Positions 10,422 to 20,839 of a DNA stretch of 64,000 nt are shown here, piece by piece (positions within the stretch are counted from its first letter, which is position 1; every line of letters begins with the position of its first letter). The stretch is taken from positions 768,001 through 832,000 of the forward strand of contig CM000207.1 of assembly GCA_000002445.1 (NCBI GenBank), read 5' to 3'. The notes beneath the pieces were generated by a model. It made no database searches. It was not told the origin of the DNA and saw only the letters and a program-made list of their open reading frames with translations. Source of the stretch: Trypanosoma brucei. Taxonomy: Eukaryota. The position numbers and the translations under genes were made by a program.

Positions 10422-10955
10422 GGTTTATACTCGGAGGAACGAGTGTAGCGCGTCCGAGAATGTATTAATCGTTGTTTCACCTCGCATCAAGGGCTACTTT
10501 GTGGATACTGCTGCGAAAGCAGCGCCTGTTTTAAAAGTTAAGGTGCGGACCAAGGTGCCGTCCAATCGTTGTGCTGCCAAGGTTTGATAGTTTATGTCAA
10601 TTTCTTTCCTCAACAAGAGCTTCAAAGAAGAAGTCGCTTTGTTTTCAAAGGCCGTGACACCCGACAACGAAAGTTGGGTGGTGGACGGTTTGTTGCAGAG
10701 GTGTTAAACGAAGCATGCTTGTTCTCTGCTGTTTCTCTCTCTCTCTCATGTCATTACTGCAGTCCCCATCCGTGGCGCGTGCAGAAAAAAAGGATCTGTG
10801 GAAAAATGAATGACCAGGACCGTTTTCACTCTCCCCTCTGGTGTGTGAATTACCCAATCGAGTTATGCTATTCTTCTAGCTGTCTAACACATCCCCTCTC
10901 ATCTAATTATTGCTGTTGTTTTCAATGCACATATCTTTCCCTCAAATTGTGTGGC

Positions 10956-12971
10956 ATGAACGAAGATACAGTTGTTTCTTGGAGAAACTCCTTTTGTACG
11001 ATGGAAAACGCAAGGAATCTGGAGCAAACGATCCCACCAGTTAGTGTCCCTTGTCAAGCTGAAGACTCTGCTCATCCCTCGCTGCAGCAGGGCTCATTGT
11101 TCCCCTCTCGATTTTCTCGGTGCGTGAGTCCAGGCTCCATGCCGCTCCAACCAGATGCAGTTGTAGACGACCAGGCGGAGCCCACTTCGCCGCCGATATC
11201 ACACAACCAAAATGATGCCACATCGAACCCGAATGCTCCTGACGCATCCGTAGCACCGCGACCGGTGGAAGCCTGTGCCATAAGCACATTGGTTAATGAC
11301 GATTCCTCTACCTTCCATCGGTCGCTGGATGCGCCTGAAGTTGTAAAGTCACCCGCGCTAACAGTAAGGAGACGTAAGATTGTCGCGGGAAGTAATTCCT
11401 TCCGCGGCTCAACTCAACTTGCCCAGAACTCTGTCAGTGATTTTAGCCTATCCAGGCAACACGTCGACGATTTTTCACTTACCGATGCGGAGAGCAAACA
11501 TACTAATGGAATGTCCTTCAGCTCTCATGTTGCTGCGATCCCCATGCATGCGGTTGCGAGCTTGCTGTTCACAACACAGAGGAGGTCATTGATGGGACAT
11601 TACTTCCACACGTGGTGGAGGTGCGCCTTGCTCGCTCGCCAAATTGGGGCTAATTTCAGAAGTCCCGAATCATCAAGAGAGGCTGCATCGACAGATTTGA
11701 GGAAGGCAGTGAGTGTCGCGCAAGCGAACCAGTTGTTAGGCAGGACGGAGATCCCTCACTTGAACCGGCCCGCGCTAATGTCATGCGACAGTTCCGTAAA
11801 CGCCTCGCCATTCACTTCGCCCGTAAAAAGAGGGATCTCAACGGGAAAGTGTGTACCCAGCTGCTGCGCCCCGTCGTCGAGAGCTTCGTCTGCTCACCGG
11901 AGCCCTGGAATGCTGCTGGTCCCATTTGGCCCCACGAGAGGCCAGTCCCCAGCCGTGCGGGGGCTTCAAAGGTTGAGCATAGGAAATTTGCAATGTTCAA
12001 GAGATTTCTGCACGGGTATGACAAGGGAGACCCGATCCGACAGTGGAAGTAGCGGCACCGACCAACGCCCACCAGCGATTTCAGTAGATATGCTCCACGT
12101 TTATACGAGCATATTAACGGAAGAGGAGTGGGGGGCTCGCACCACAGTTATGCGAGAAGAGGCTTCCGAACGCTACAAAATTCAAACGCTCACAAGTGAG
12201 GTATTAGATCGAGATTTTAAGGAAGCTTTGTGTAGGAGGAGGGCTGTCATGCTTCGTGGATGCCCGCAATCGGATGGTTTGCGAAGAGCAAAAGGTGGCG
12301 GTAAAAGGGAAGCTTGTGTTGACCGCCACCACTTACCGGGGCGGCCGGAGGGTTCGAGTGAGCGTCAAGGGTGTGCTCCGTTACCAAACTCAGCGGCCGC
12401 GATATGCGTGCTGCCGGAAGCTGCAAATGCTCCGAAAAGCGAAAGTAAAGATGACCCCTTAAACGGCCTCATGGCGTGTACTTCTCCTCCATCGTCTCAC
12501 GGCTGCAACCCACTAACAGCCGGGCCCGTAGGCAATACAGCGGGTGTGTCTCATGGAATACTACCCAACTCGTGCGCTTCTTTAGCAAGCAGTGGCGCTC
12601 ACGCAGAGAACAGCATCTCCATTTGCATATCCAACTGTTCCGAAAACACGGTGGAATCAGGTCGACCTCACAATCCCTCCGAAGCCCCAAAAGGGGACAC
12701 AACAGAGCCGATCAGGGAGCCGTTGGGATCGTCCAAACCCCAAAAAGATGATACGACCGCTGCAGACTGCACGGAAGCCAAAAAATTATTGGACGACTCA
12801 TTGGAGCTTGACCTTCAGAGGTATTTGCAGCTGGATTTAGTGGATAGGGAACGTGAGGATAGGCTTCGCATCGTAAAGAAGTACCGCAATGGTCTACAGC
12901 AACTGTTAAACATTTTCTTTGGGAAGAAGCACTGTCGAACACGTCCTAATGATACTAGTAATCAAAATTAA
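10956..12971 (+). CDS. hypothetical Ser/Pro-rich protein
   Basis: Track ORF 10569 begins with TTG and its first ~390 nt translate through pyrimidine tracts (CTCTCTCTC at ~10735, polyY at ~10880-10950), so they are probably UTR or splice-signal sequence. Candidate starts are the ATG at 10956 ('MNEDTVV...') or 10806. The remainder is a long open frame with S/P/A-rich low-complexity segments. Confidence 0.5.
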   Translation: MNEDTVVSWRNSFCTMENARNLEQTIPPVSVPCQAEDSAHPSLQQGSLFPSRFSRCVSPGSMPLQPDAVVDDQAEPTSPPISHNQNDATSNPNAPDASVAPRPVEACAISTLVNDDSSTFHRSLDAPEVVKSPALTVRRRKIVAGSNSFRGSTQLAQNSVSDFSLSRQHVDDFSLTDAESKHTNGMSFSSHVAAIPMHAVASLLFTTQRRSLMGHYFHTWWRCALLARQIGANFRSPESSREAASTDLRKAVSVAQANQLLGRTEIPHLNRPALMSCDSSVNASPFTSPVKRGISTGKCVPSCCAPSSRASSAHRSPGMLLVPFGPTRGQSPAVRGLQRLSIGNLQCSRDFCTGMTRETRSDSGSSGTDQRPPAISVDMLHVYTSILTEEEWGARTTVMREEASERYKIQTLTSEVLDRDFKEALCRRRAVMLRGCPQSDGLRRAKGGGKREACVDRHHLPGRPEGSSERQGCAPLPNSAAAICVLPEAANAPKSESKDDPLNGLMACTSPPSSHGCNPLTAGPVGNTAGVSHGILPNSCASLASSGAHAENSISICISNCSENTVESGRPHNPSEAPKGDTTEPIREPLGSSKPQKDDTTAADCTEAKKLLDDSLELDLQRYLQLDLVDREREDRLRIVKKYRNGLQQLLNIFFGKKHCRTRPNDTSNQN

Positions 12972-13105
12972 GTGAACGAAGAGATCGGTAACACATTGAC
13001 CCTTGTAATATTTGTGCGTCTACGTTTGTGCCCACTTGTTCAGTGTATCAGTGGGGCGGCGTGTATTTCTTGCCGTTGGCAGGTGCGCGCAGAGCTTACC
13101 GCGTC

Positions 13106-13125
13106 TATATATATATATATATATA
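13106..13125. repeat. (TA)10 microsatellite
   Basis: Direct reading. Confidence 0.9.
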
Positions 13126-14061
13126 ACATACATATGTGTGAAGTTGTACCTTTTGTTTTCCCCCTTTCATCCCGTCTCATTATGAGCTATTTTGTCTCTC
13201 TCTTGTTTTAGTTCTCCCCCCTTTTGCGCTTACATGTTTTTTTTCTCGTGCCGCTTATGCATGACCACCGCAACGGATCGGGCAAAGGGAGAAAATAGGA
13301 GAGGGGGCTGTTCCTCCCCTTCCTTTCGGATTTTCTTTGTTTTTACACGTCTATTTCTGACCGATTTCTTTTTGTATCTGCTTTTCGGTGCGGCCTCGTT
13401 CCGTACCATTACTTCCCCTCTGTTTCTGCCGTCACGACATTTGTCTTGTGTTTTATCTTTCCCTTGAGCCTTTTGTTTTGTACCCGTGCCTGTATTACCT
13501 GCTTTGTTTATTGCCTCCTTTCTCAGTAAAGGCTACCACCACGCAGTTCCTCCCTTTGATTTTCGTTCTCTCCTCTTCTTTTCCCCCATTTTTTCTTCAT
13601 TTTTGTTACTTCTCACTACTATTAATTTTCTTCCGATGTTTTTTTTGTGGTTGATATAATTAAAGGAATATTATGTGCGTGCGGCAGCGCTCCATCTCAC
13701 GTTCCATCATTTATGCTTGATATTCCTATCTCTGCTCTCAATTTTCCTCATTTACCTTTTCCATTTGAGGATGTTGTGAAACAGACATGTTTAAAAAATC
13801 GATTCATTGAAGGAATGGTGAGTTGGGGAATAGAACGAGTTAAGGCAGCAAAACGAAACAAAAAAAGTGAAAGGAGGAAATACAAATGAAAATGGGGGAA
13901 AAGGAAAATGTGAGGTGCTTAAAATAAGATGAGAGAGCGCAACCACATATTCGGGTTGGATTGGATAAGAGCTTAAGAAACATCTGAAACTTACCACCTG
14001 AAGGAGAATCCTCCAGTACACATATTCATCACATGTCTTGATATATTTATTTATTAATATT

Positions 14062-14110
14062 TGTGTGTGTGTGTGATTTTGTATTTGTGTGCATTTTTGT
14101 GTGTGTATGT
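14062..14110. repeat. imperfect (TG)n microsatellite
   Basis: Direct reading: tgtgtgtgtgtgtgattttgtatttgtgtgcatttttgtgtgtgtatgtg. Confidence 0.85.
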
Positions 14111-14659
14111 GCCAAAAACCTTTTAGCTGTGCTTACATTTAATGCTCCCACACCATATGGTTTACGCCCGTTAACGCCTTCCAACATGCAAGTGCCAGTT
14201 TTTACTCAAACATCAAGGCCTTCGCATATTCATATTGAATTACGAGTGCTTGTACGTTCATCAACACGGGTCATATTAGCAGATGAGAGTAATATTGTGC
14301 ATATTTTATGTATATATGCATGTACATATGCTTTAATATTTACATGTTTTTCTTTCCTCTTTTTAGCTCTGTTAAACCCTTTGACCCGATTTCTGTTTCT
14401 CCTTTTACTTTCTCCCTTCTTCCCCGTCACTCATATCTTATCTCATAAAGTGGTGCCGAACCTCCTTTTTTTTAAAAAAAAAGTACAATACCCACCGCAG
14501 CGCTCATCATTATCAGGCGCGACTTCCAAGCCTAGCGAGGACTGCCTTGGTCGGCCAACTCCGTGCTTTTTGTTCTTTTAAGTTACTTTTCACTTCCCGT
14601 TAGGGTGGAATGTTCAAAACGAAAATAGCAGGAAAAACTGAAAAGAATATTGTTGTTAG

Positions 14660-14663
<4 letters not shown>

Positions 14664-14700
<37 letters not shown>

Positions 14701-14720
14701 TATATGTTATATGCATATAT
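14664..14720. repeat. (AT)n microsatellite, ~17 perfect units then imperfect
   Basis: Direct reading. Confidence 0.95.
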
Positions 14721-15198
14721 AACGTAATAGTAGAGGTACCCCAGTTTAGTTCCTTTTGACTCTCTCAATGGTTAACGACGAAGTTTCTCTGCTTGTTTTC
14801 CTCCCTCTGTCTTTTTTTTTTTGAAAATTCTTTCTTCGTATCTCCAACCCTTTCACGAAGTCGTGATAACCATATCTATGGGGCAAAACTACATCCAAAA
14901 AGTATAGTTCTTCTTCAACTTACGTGGAGAAATGAGAGTGTAGACAAAGATGTAAGGTAACCCTTCTTTCATACATTTCTTTATTTATGTTATTCTACCC
15001 CCTTTTTTTCACTTCTTATCACTCTTCTCCTGCGCTGTCACGCCCACACGAGGGTGGTTGTTTTCCAGTAACCAAGGGACAAGTTGGGTTCGCTTTCATT
15101 AAAAGACCGGTTAAGCATTTCCTTTCTGTGGAAAAGAATCTATCGCGCAGAGAGGGCAGCTGCAGGCGTTTGAGCGCCCTAACGCACACGTTGCCGTC

Positions 15199-17706
15199 AT
15201 GTCCATGCTCTGTTTGGCACAGTGGGCACTACTGTTGGTGTTGTGTCTGGTTGGTTGTTGCTGCACCGTGAGTGGAGGATCAGAAGTTTTGGCCGTAGAC
15301 ATTGGAGCTGACTGGGCGAAGGGTGCCACACGTGTGATTGGAGGCAGCACCGCCCCGCGGGCCAGCATAGTACTCAATGATCAGACAAACCGTAAGAGCC
15401 CACAATGTATCGCCTTTCGTATTGTGCCCAACGCCGGAAACGACACGTTGCGCAGCGTCGAGCGCTTATTTGCAGAGGAGGCTCGTTCTTTGGAACCACG
15501 CTTCCCCCAGCAGTCCATTTGCGGCCCTTCGCTACTCGCAGGACTGATCGTTTCGAAGGAAATCTCTGCGGGACAGAAACATCACGAACAAACAGGTAAT
15601 CAAAGGTCGGAACGTGAAGGTGTCATCTCTTTTAGTGATACCGATAGGTTTACGTATGTGGTTGTGCCGCAAATTCGCCGCAAGTCTGCGGTGGTTCGTA
15701 TCACTCCGGGTGGTAGCAGCGAAGGTACAACCACCGCACCAATAGAGTTCACTGTGGAGGAGTTGATTGGAATGATTTTGGGACACATGAAACGGTCTGC
15801 GGAACGTTCGCTGGATGGTGCGCCGGTGCGACACCTTGTGTTGGTTGTGCCGACCTCCTCCAGTTTGGCGTACCGTCAAGCCATGGTTGACGCTGCTGCC
15901 GTGGTGGGTTTGCGAACTATCCGCCTCGTGCATGGTTCTGCAGCAGCGGCAACGCAGCTTGCACACCTCAATACAGAGACTTTATTTCGTGGTCATCCCT
16001 CCAACACAACTGAGAGAAAATATGCAATGATATACGACATGGGTAGTTCCAAAACCGAGGTGGCCGTGTTTCGTTTTACCCCTGCTACCGCACGTGACGA
16101 CTTTGGGACAGTTACTCTGGTGGCTTCCGCTACAAACCATACGCTAGGAGGCAGGTCGTTCGACCGCTGTCTTGCACGTTATGTGGAGAGAAATTTGTTC
16201 CCCGCCGCGAAGCCAACACCGGTCACGCCAGTACTAGACAGAAAACCGGTTACAGCCACCACTCGGCGCGCAGTGGTTAGCCTGCTACGCGCCGTCAACG
16301 CGGCGAGGGAGCGGTTGTCGGTAAATCAAAATGTTCCTTTTGTTGTGCCCGGCGTTCGTGAAGACGGGGGCGACTTCATCGCAAATATTTCTCGTGCGCA
16401 GTTCGAAGAAGCCTGTGGTGAATTGTTTAACGAGGCAGTACGGCTTCGTGACCACGCCATTACGCAGACGAATGGTACGGTGCGGTCACTCAATGAGTTG
16501 GTGCGCCTTGAACTAATTGGTGGTGCCACACGTATGCCAAAACTGCAGGAACGGTTGAGTGAAGGTTACGGTAAACCGGCGGATAGAACTCTTAACAGTG
16601 ATGAGGCAGTTGTCTCAGGAGCGGCACTGATGATCCACGACACCCTCAGCCGAATTCGCGTTATGGAGTCCTTGACAAATGATATCTACTTCACTGCTTC
16701 ACCCCCGATTAAGGAATCAAATGAAACCAAGCCTCATCGTAACCTTCTGTTCGCCAAGCGGAACACCACCGTTCCGGCAGCCCGGTCGCTAATATTTCCA
16801 AACCGCACAGCCGACTTCACACTAACGCTTCATGACGGTAACGGACGCTACTCGCGTTCTGTGCTAGTGAGTGGTGTGAGTGGGAGCATGAATGCTGCGC
16901 GCGAGAAGGAAAAGGAAATGAGTACCGAAAGAGCGAACAAAGTTACCAAAACTTCTGTGGTCCTCCGCCAGGTAGAGGTGGTGGTGGAGGTGGTGCTCAG
17001 TAGAAGCGGGCTGCCCTATGTGGCCGGTTCGTACGTCCACGCTAGATACGCGGAGCAGGTGACTGTGCTACCTTCGGTGAAAAAGACTGGGGATAACGAA
17101 ACTACGGCACAAAAGGACGAGAACAACAATCCGTCTCAAAACGAAACTGACACGACGAGTACCATTAGCCCCGGGAGGGAAAAGAGAAGTGGGGGTTCTC
17201 CGTCTGCAGCAAACTCTAATAGCGCGAAAATGCAAAACTCCAGAGCAGATGAAGCAAAAGAGAATGAGACCCCAACCGGTGACGAAATCCTGGAAGTCAA
17301 TGAGAGGGATGCAGGAACTGGTGGGAAGAATAACAATGCAAAAGTGAGGCATTTTGCACTTCGCTTTCCGTTGAACAACACTCCAGCACCTTCCTCAACT
17401 TCGCAAGGCGGTGTGAACATGAACAAAGAGGAGGCCCTTGCAGCGCGGAACCGCCTTCGTGCACTTCAGCGCCTTGACGACGAGCGGTTGCGGCGTAGTG
17501 GTCTGCTTAATGACGTCGAGTCCCTGCTCCTTCATTACAAGTCCCTTGATGCCTGGTCTGCGCAGCAAAGCGATGATAACTCGAATGACTGGCGGTCCGT
17601 TGTGAAGGACGTATCACGGTGGTTTGAAGAAGTTGGGGGCGACGTTAACGTGACAGAGTTGCAGAAGCAATATCAACGTCTGAAGGACCTAAAGCTCGGT
17701 GAGTGA
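15199..17706 (+). CDS. ER-lumenal large Hsp70-family chaperone (GRP170/Lhs1/HYOU1-like)
   Basis: ATG start. The N-terminal 'MSMLCLAQWALLLVLCLVGCCC' is hydrophobic and signal-peptide-like. Hsp70 ATPase signatures: 'VLAVDIGADWAKGAT' (phosphate-1), 'YDMGSSKTEVAVFRF' (phosphate-2) and 'ELIGGATRMPKLQERL...NSDEAVVSGAALM' (adenosine motif). The extended charged C-terminal half is typical of Hsp110/GRP170. Length is 835 aa. Confidence 0.85.
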   Translation: MSMLCLAQWALLLVLCLVGCCCTVSGGSEVLAVDIGADWAKGATRVIGGSTAPRASIVLNDQTNRKSPQCIAFRIVPNAGNDTLRSVERLFAEEARSLEPRFPQQSICGPSLLAGLIVSKEISAGQKHHEQTGNQRSEREGVISFSDTDRFTYVVVPQIRRKSAVVRITPGGSSEGTTTAPIEFTVEELIGMILGHMKRSAERSLDGAPVRHLVLVVPTSSSLAYRQAMVDAAAVVGLRTIRLVHGSAAAATQLAHLNTETLFRGHPSNTTERKYAMIYDMGSSKTEVAVFRFTPATARDDFGTVTLVASATNHTLGGRSFDRCLARYVERNLFPAAKPTPVTPVLDRKPVTATTRRAVVSLLRAVNAARERLSVNQNVPFVVPGVREDGGDFIANISRAQFEEACGELFNEAVRLRDHAITQTNGTVRSLNELVRLELIGGATRMPKLQERLSEGYGKPADRTLNSDEAVVSGAALMIHDTLSRIRVMESLTNDIYFTASPPIKESNETKPHRNLLFAKRNTTVPAARSLIFPNRTADFTLTLHDGNGRYSRSVLVSGVSGSMNAAREKEKEMSTERANKVTKTSVVLRQVEVVVEVVLSRSGLPYVAGSYVHARYAEQVTVLPSVKKTGDNETTAQKDENNNPSQNETDTTSTISPGREKRSGGSPSAANSNSAKMQNSRADEAKENETPTGDEILEVNERDAGTGGKNNNAKVRHFALRFPLNNTPAPSSTSQGGVNMNKEEALAARNRLRALQRLDDERLRRSGLLNDVESLLLHYKSLDAWSAQQSDDNSNDWRSVVKDVSRWFEEVGGDVNVTELQKQYQRLKDLKLGE

Positions 17707-18574
17707 GCCCCCTACACACACACACTCACTCACTCTGTTCACTTTTCAGGGACCTTTCGTGTGCCAGCCTCAGTGACGTACTTACGAAAGAAGGGAAGTG
17801 TCGGACTTCATGCTGATATTATTGGTAGAGCTTGCTAGCATGGTACATGACAGGACGGCATATGTCCCTTGCGATCGTTAGGTGAGGGGAGGAAAAAAAA
17901 AAAATGGAGTAACAAAGGTTTTTACTATGTGGGAATCTCGGGCTCTAGCATTTGCTTGGTTCCTACATTTGTATTATGCGTGTTGGCTCCGTTGCTTCTC
18001 CCCGCTTGCACTTTAATTCTCAAGTATCCTCCCTGAGTTTGGGTCATGCTTAAGTGTTTTTTAAGCAGCAGTTTGCCATAGAAGCTGGTTATGTTGTGCG
18101 TTTTTTTCTTTTCATTCAATTAACCAGCTCCCATGGACCCATAACTTCTACTGTGTCTTACTGTTTCACATACTTTAAAAACACCCTATATTCCACCCAC
18201 GCTGCCCAACGCCAGTTACAATGTTTCTTTTTTGCGTCTTTTGATTTCATTACTGCTAAACTGTCATTGTTGAAACCCTCTCTCTTTTCGCTTTTTTTTT
18301 GTGTGTGTGTATGTTTGCAGATTACCGGAAATAGGTGGGAAGAAGCAGGCACAAACAGGAGGTGGCCAAAGAAAAGATTAGGAAACATCTCCTCATCGCA
18401 GCTCTTTATTACTGTCTTTTCTTTTGAGCCGCAGTTTACACCTGTATTCCTCTGTTTTTGTTTAACTCCGGAGGTAACACAGGCGTGTCATTAGATTCGG
18501 AAAGAGGCAAAACTAGTACGTGTCCGTAGCGGCAATTTTTTTTTTGTGTGTGTGCGAGGGCCTAACAACAACAA

Positions 18575-20008
18575 ATGCTTCGTCCATCCTTTTGCAGATG
18601 TCTTCCCGTGCTGAACTGCACGCTGAGCGCTCCTCAATGTGCTGCTGCGATTGACCGTTGCACACCGGTTGTTTACTCTTCACTTCCCAACGGATGTCGT
18701 GTGGCCACCGAATATTTGCCAAATTGTCAGTTTGCCACCGTTGGGGTGTGGATTGACGCAGGCAGTCGCTTCGAGGATATTAACAACAACGGCGTTGCGC
18801 ACTTTCTTGAACACATGAACTTCAAAGGCACTGCAAAGTACTCCAAGCGTGCCGTGGAAGATCTCTTCGAGCATAGGGGGGCCCACTTCAATGCATACAC
18901 TTCGCGTGACCGAACAGCATATTACGTGAAGGCGTTCAAATATGATGTGGAGAAAATGATTGATGTTGTCTCGGATTTACTGCAAAACGGCAGATACGAC
19001 CCAAGCGATGTCGAGTTGGAGAGGCCGACAATCCTAGCCGAGATGCGGGAGGTGGAGGAGCTGGTGGATGAAGTGCTCATGGATAACCTCCATCAGGCAG
19101 CTTATGACCCGGCACACTGCGGGCTTCCGCTCACTATTCTAGGCCCTGTGGAAAACATTTCCTCCCGCATAAACCGTGACATGATACAGGAGTTTGTTCG
19201 GGTGCACTACACCGGCCCGCGCATGTCTTTCATTAGTTCCGGTGGCATCCATCCAGAAGAAGCACATAGGCTTGCCGAGAAGTTCTTTGGAAACCTCCCT
19301 GCAGCGAACAACTCCCCACTGCTGCAGTCACAATACCGGGGTGGTTACACCGTGATGTGGAACGAACAAATGGCCACGGCAAATACCGCTTTCGCGTATC
19401 CTATATGCGGGGCCATACACGACGACAGCTACGCACTACAGTTAGTTCATAACGTTATTGGGCAAGTGCGTGAAGGACAACATGACCAATTTGCTCATCA
19501 GCGACTGAACCCGCGGCTCCCGTGGGAAAAGTTGTCAAACCTGGTCCAGCTGCGACCTTTCTATACTCCATACAAAGAGACTAGTCTCCTTGGGTATCAG
19601 TTAGTTACTATGCGCACGGCAGTCGCTGACGCCAACGGCGGTGTTCAGCGAGATGAGAGCCAGACTGTGTTGCTGGATCACATGCTAAAGTTGTTTAATG
19701 AGCTGTCTACCAAAGCTGTTGACGCTGCACTCCTCGAGGAGGCAAAAAGTGAGTATAAGTCATCGGTTATGATGATGCGAGACAGCACAACAAATAGCGC
19801 GGAGGACTTGGGTCGGCAGATGATTCACCTTGGCCGACGCGTGCCTCTGCGGGAGGTGTTCGAGCGAGTGGATGCCGTCACTCCAGCAGTGTTTCGTGAC
19901 ACATTAGCGAAGTACGTACAAGCGGTTCAACCTACAGTTTCGTACATTGGTTCGGCCTCCGCTGTCCCTCGATTTGACGCCCTCACACAAGTAAAGCACA
20001 TACTTTGA
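18575..20008 (+). CDS. M16 metallopeptidase, mitochondrial processing peptidase beta-subunit-like
   Basis: ATG start, 477 aa. The inverted zinc-binding motif HxxEH is present as 'HFLEHMNFKGT' in an M16-like context ('NGVAHFLEHMNFKGTAKYSKRAVEDLFEHRGAHFNAYTSRDRTAYY'). The N-terminus 'MLRPSFCRCLPVLN' is presequence-like. Confidence 0.85.
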   Translation: MLRPSFCRCLPVLNCTLSAPQCAAAIDRCTPVVYSSLPNGCRVATEYLPNCQFATVGVWIDAGSRFEDINNNGVAHFLEHMNFKGTAKYSKRAVEDLFEHRGAHFNAYTSRDRTAYYVKAFKYDVEKMIDVVSDLLQNGRYDPSDVELERPTILAEMREVEELVDEVLMDNLHQAAYDPAHCGLPLTILGPVENISSRINRDMIQEFVRVHYTGPRMSFISSGGIHPEEAHRLAEKFFGNLPAANNSPLLQSQYRGGYTVMWNEQMATANTAFAYPICGAIHDDSYALQLVHNVIGQVREGQHDQFAHQRLNPRLPWEKLSNLVQLRPFYTPYKETSLLGYQLVTMRTAVADANGGVQRDESQTVLLDHMLKLFNELSTKAVDAALLEEAKSEYKSSVMMMRDSTTNSAEDLGRQMIHLGRRVPLREVFERVDAVTPAVFRDTLAKYVQAVQPTVSYIGSASAVPRFDALTQVKHIL

Positions 20009-20839
20009 TGGAATCGGCGCCGCTGAATGAGGCGGTATGAGCCTGACTTCGAGGTGGAAAAGGTGAGGGAAAGGAAAATGATGAAATAAGGTGCGGAAGA
20101 ACGAATAATAGCAACTGTGGTGTTGTAAAGGATGGTGGAAGAAAGCCGCACACGTGGACAAGTACGTGGGTTTGCCTTGTGACGTGGCAGAACAACTACG
20201 AAGGCTGATAATTAGGTATTTTGGTGTCTGTGAAGAAGTGAGACGGCAACGGTGGCAAAACTGCGGCTGAAGGAAGGGGAATGAGTTGAATATCAGTGGA
20301 GGTGGAGGAGAAAGAGGAGCCCCGGTCCGGTTGCGCACAGTTTTCTTTTGAAGGAACACTAACATATGTTGAACCACCTTGTCTGGTTACTAACGTCATC
20401 TCTTGGTGGTTCCTCGTTACTGCGTTAAAGCGGCACCCCGTCTGCCAGACCCTGTACCTCTTGTTTTCGTTCGAACTGAATTTATAGCGGCCTACAGCTC
20501 AGTTTTATTTACTAGTAGGCTACCGTGCGATTTCCATAACTTTTCTTTTTTTTTTAAAAAAAAGTTCTTTCAGTCATATTGATACACTCGTTGCATCTCC
20601 TTCCACATTCTGGCCATTCTGTGTGCTCGTGTGGGGAAGTTGGGTTACATGTTGAGTTAGCTGGATCAGCTCTCACAGACTAGCACTTTTTTCATCGACA
20701 AAAAGAGCAGTGTAGGCTCCACATTGTGTAAAAATATAGCAGAAAGGTGCTTACACCAAGGAGAAAGGACGGGATAGGCGAGACACCGTAAAAGCTGGGA
20801 AGTGTAAGGAGATAAGGAAAGCCTAGCCGCCGTGCATGT

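Noticed and set aside
14063-14581. ORFs reading through microsatellites or low-complexity spacer: 14063-14581, 18054-18494, 46987-47355 (−), 51749-52219 (−), 57193-57729 (−), 8552-8902 (−).
   Set aside because: Their translations are dominated by poly-F/L/Y/I or C/V runs produced by (TG)n, (TA)n and T-runs. These are not protein-like.
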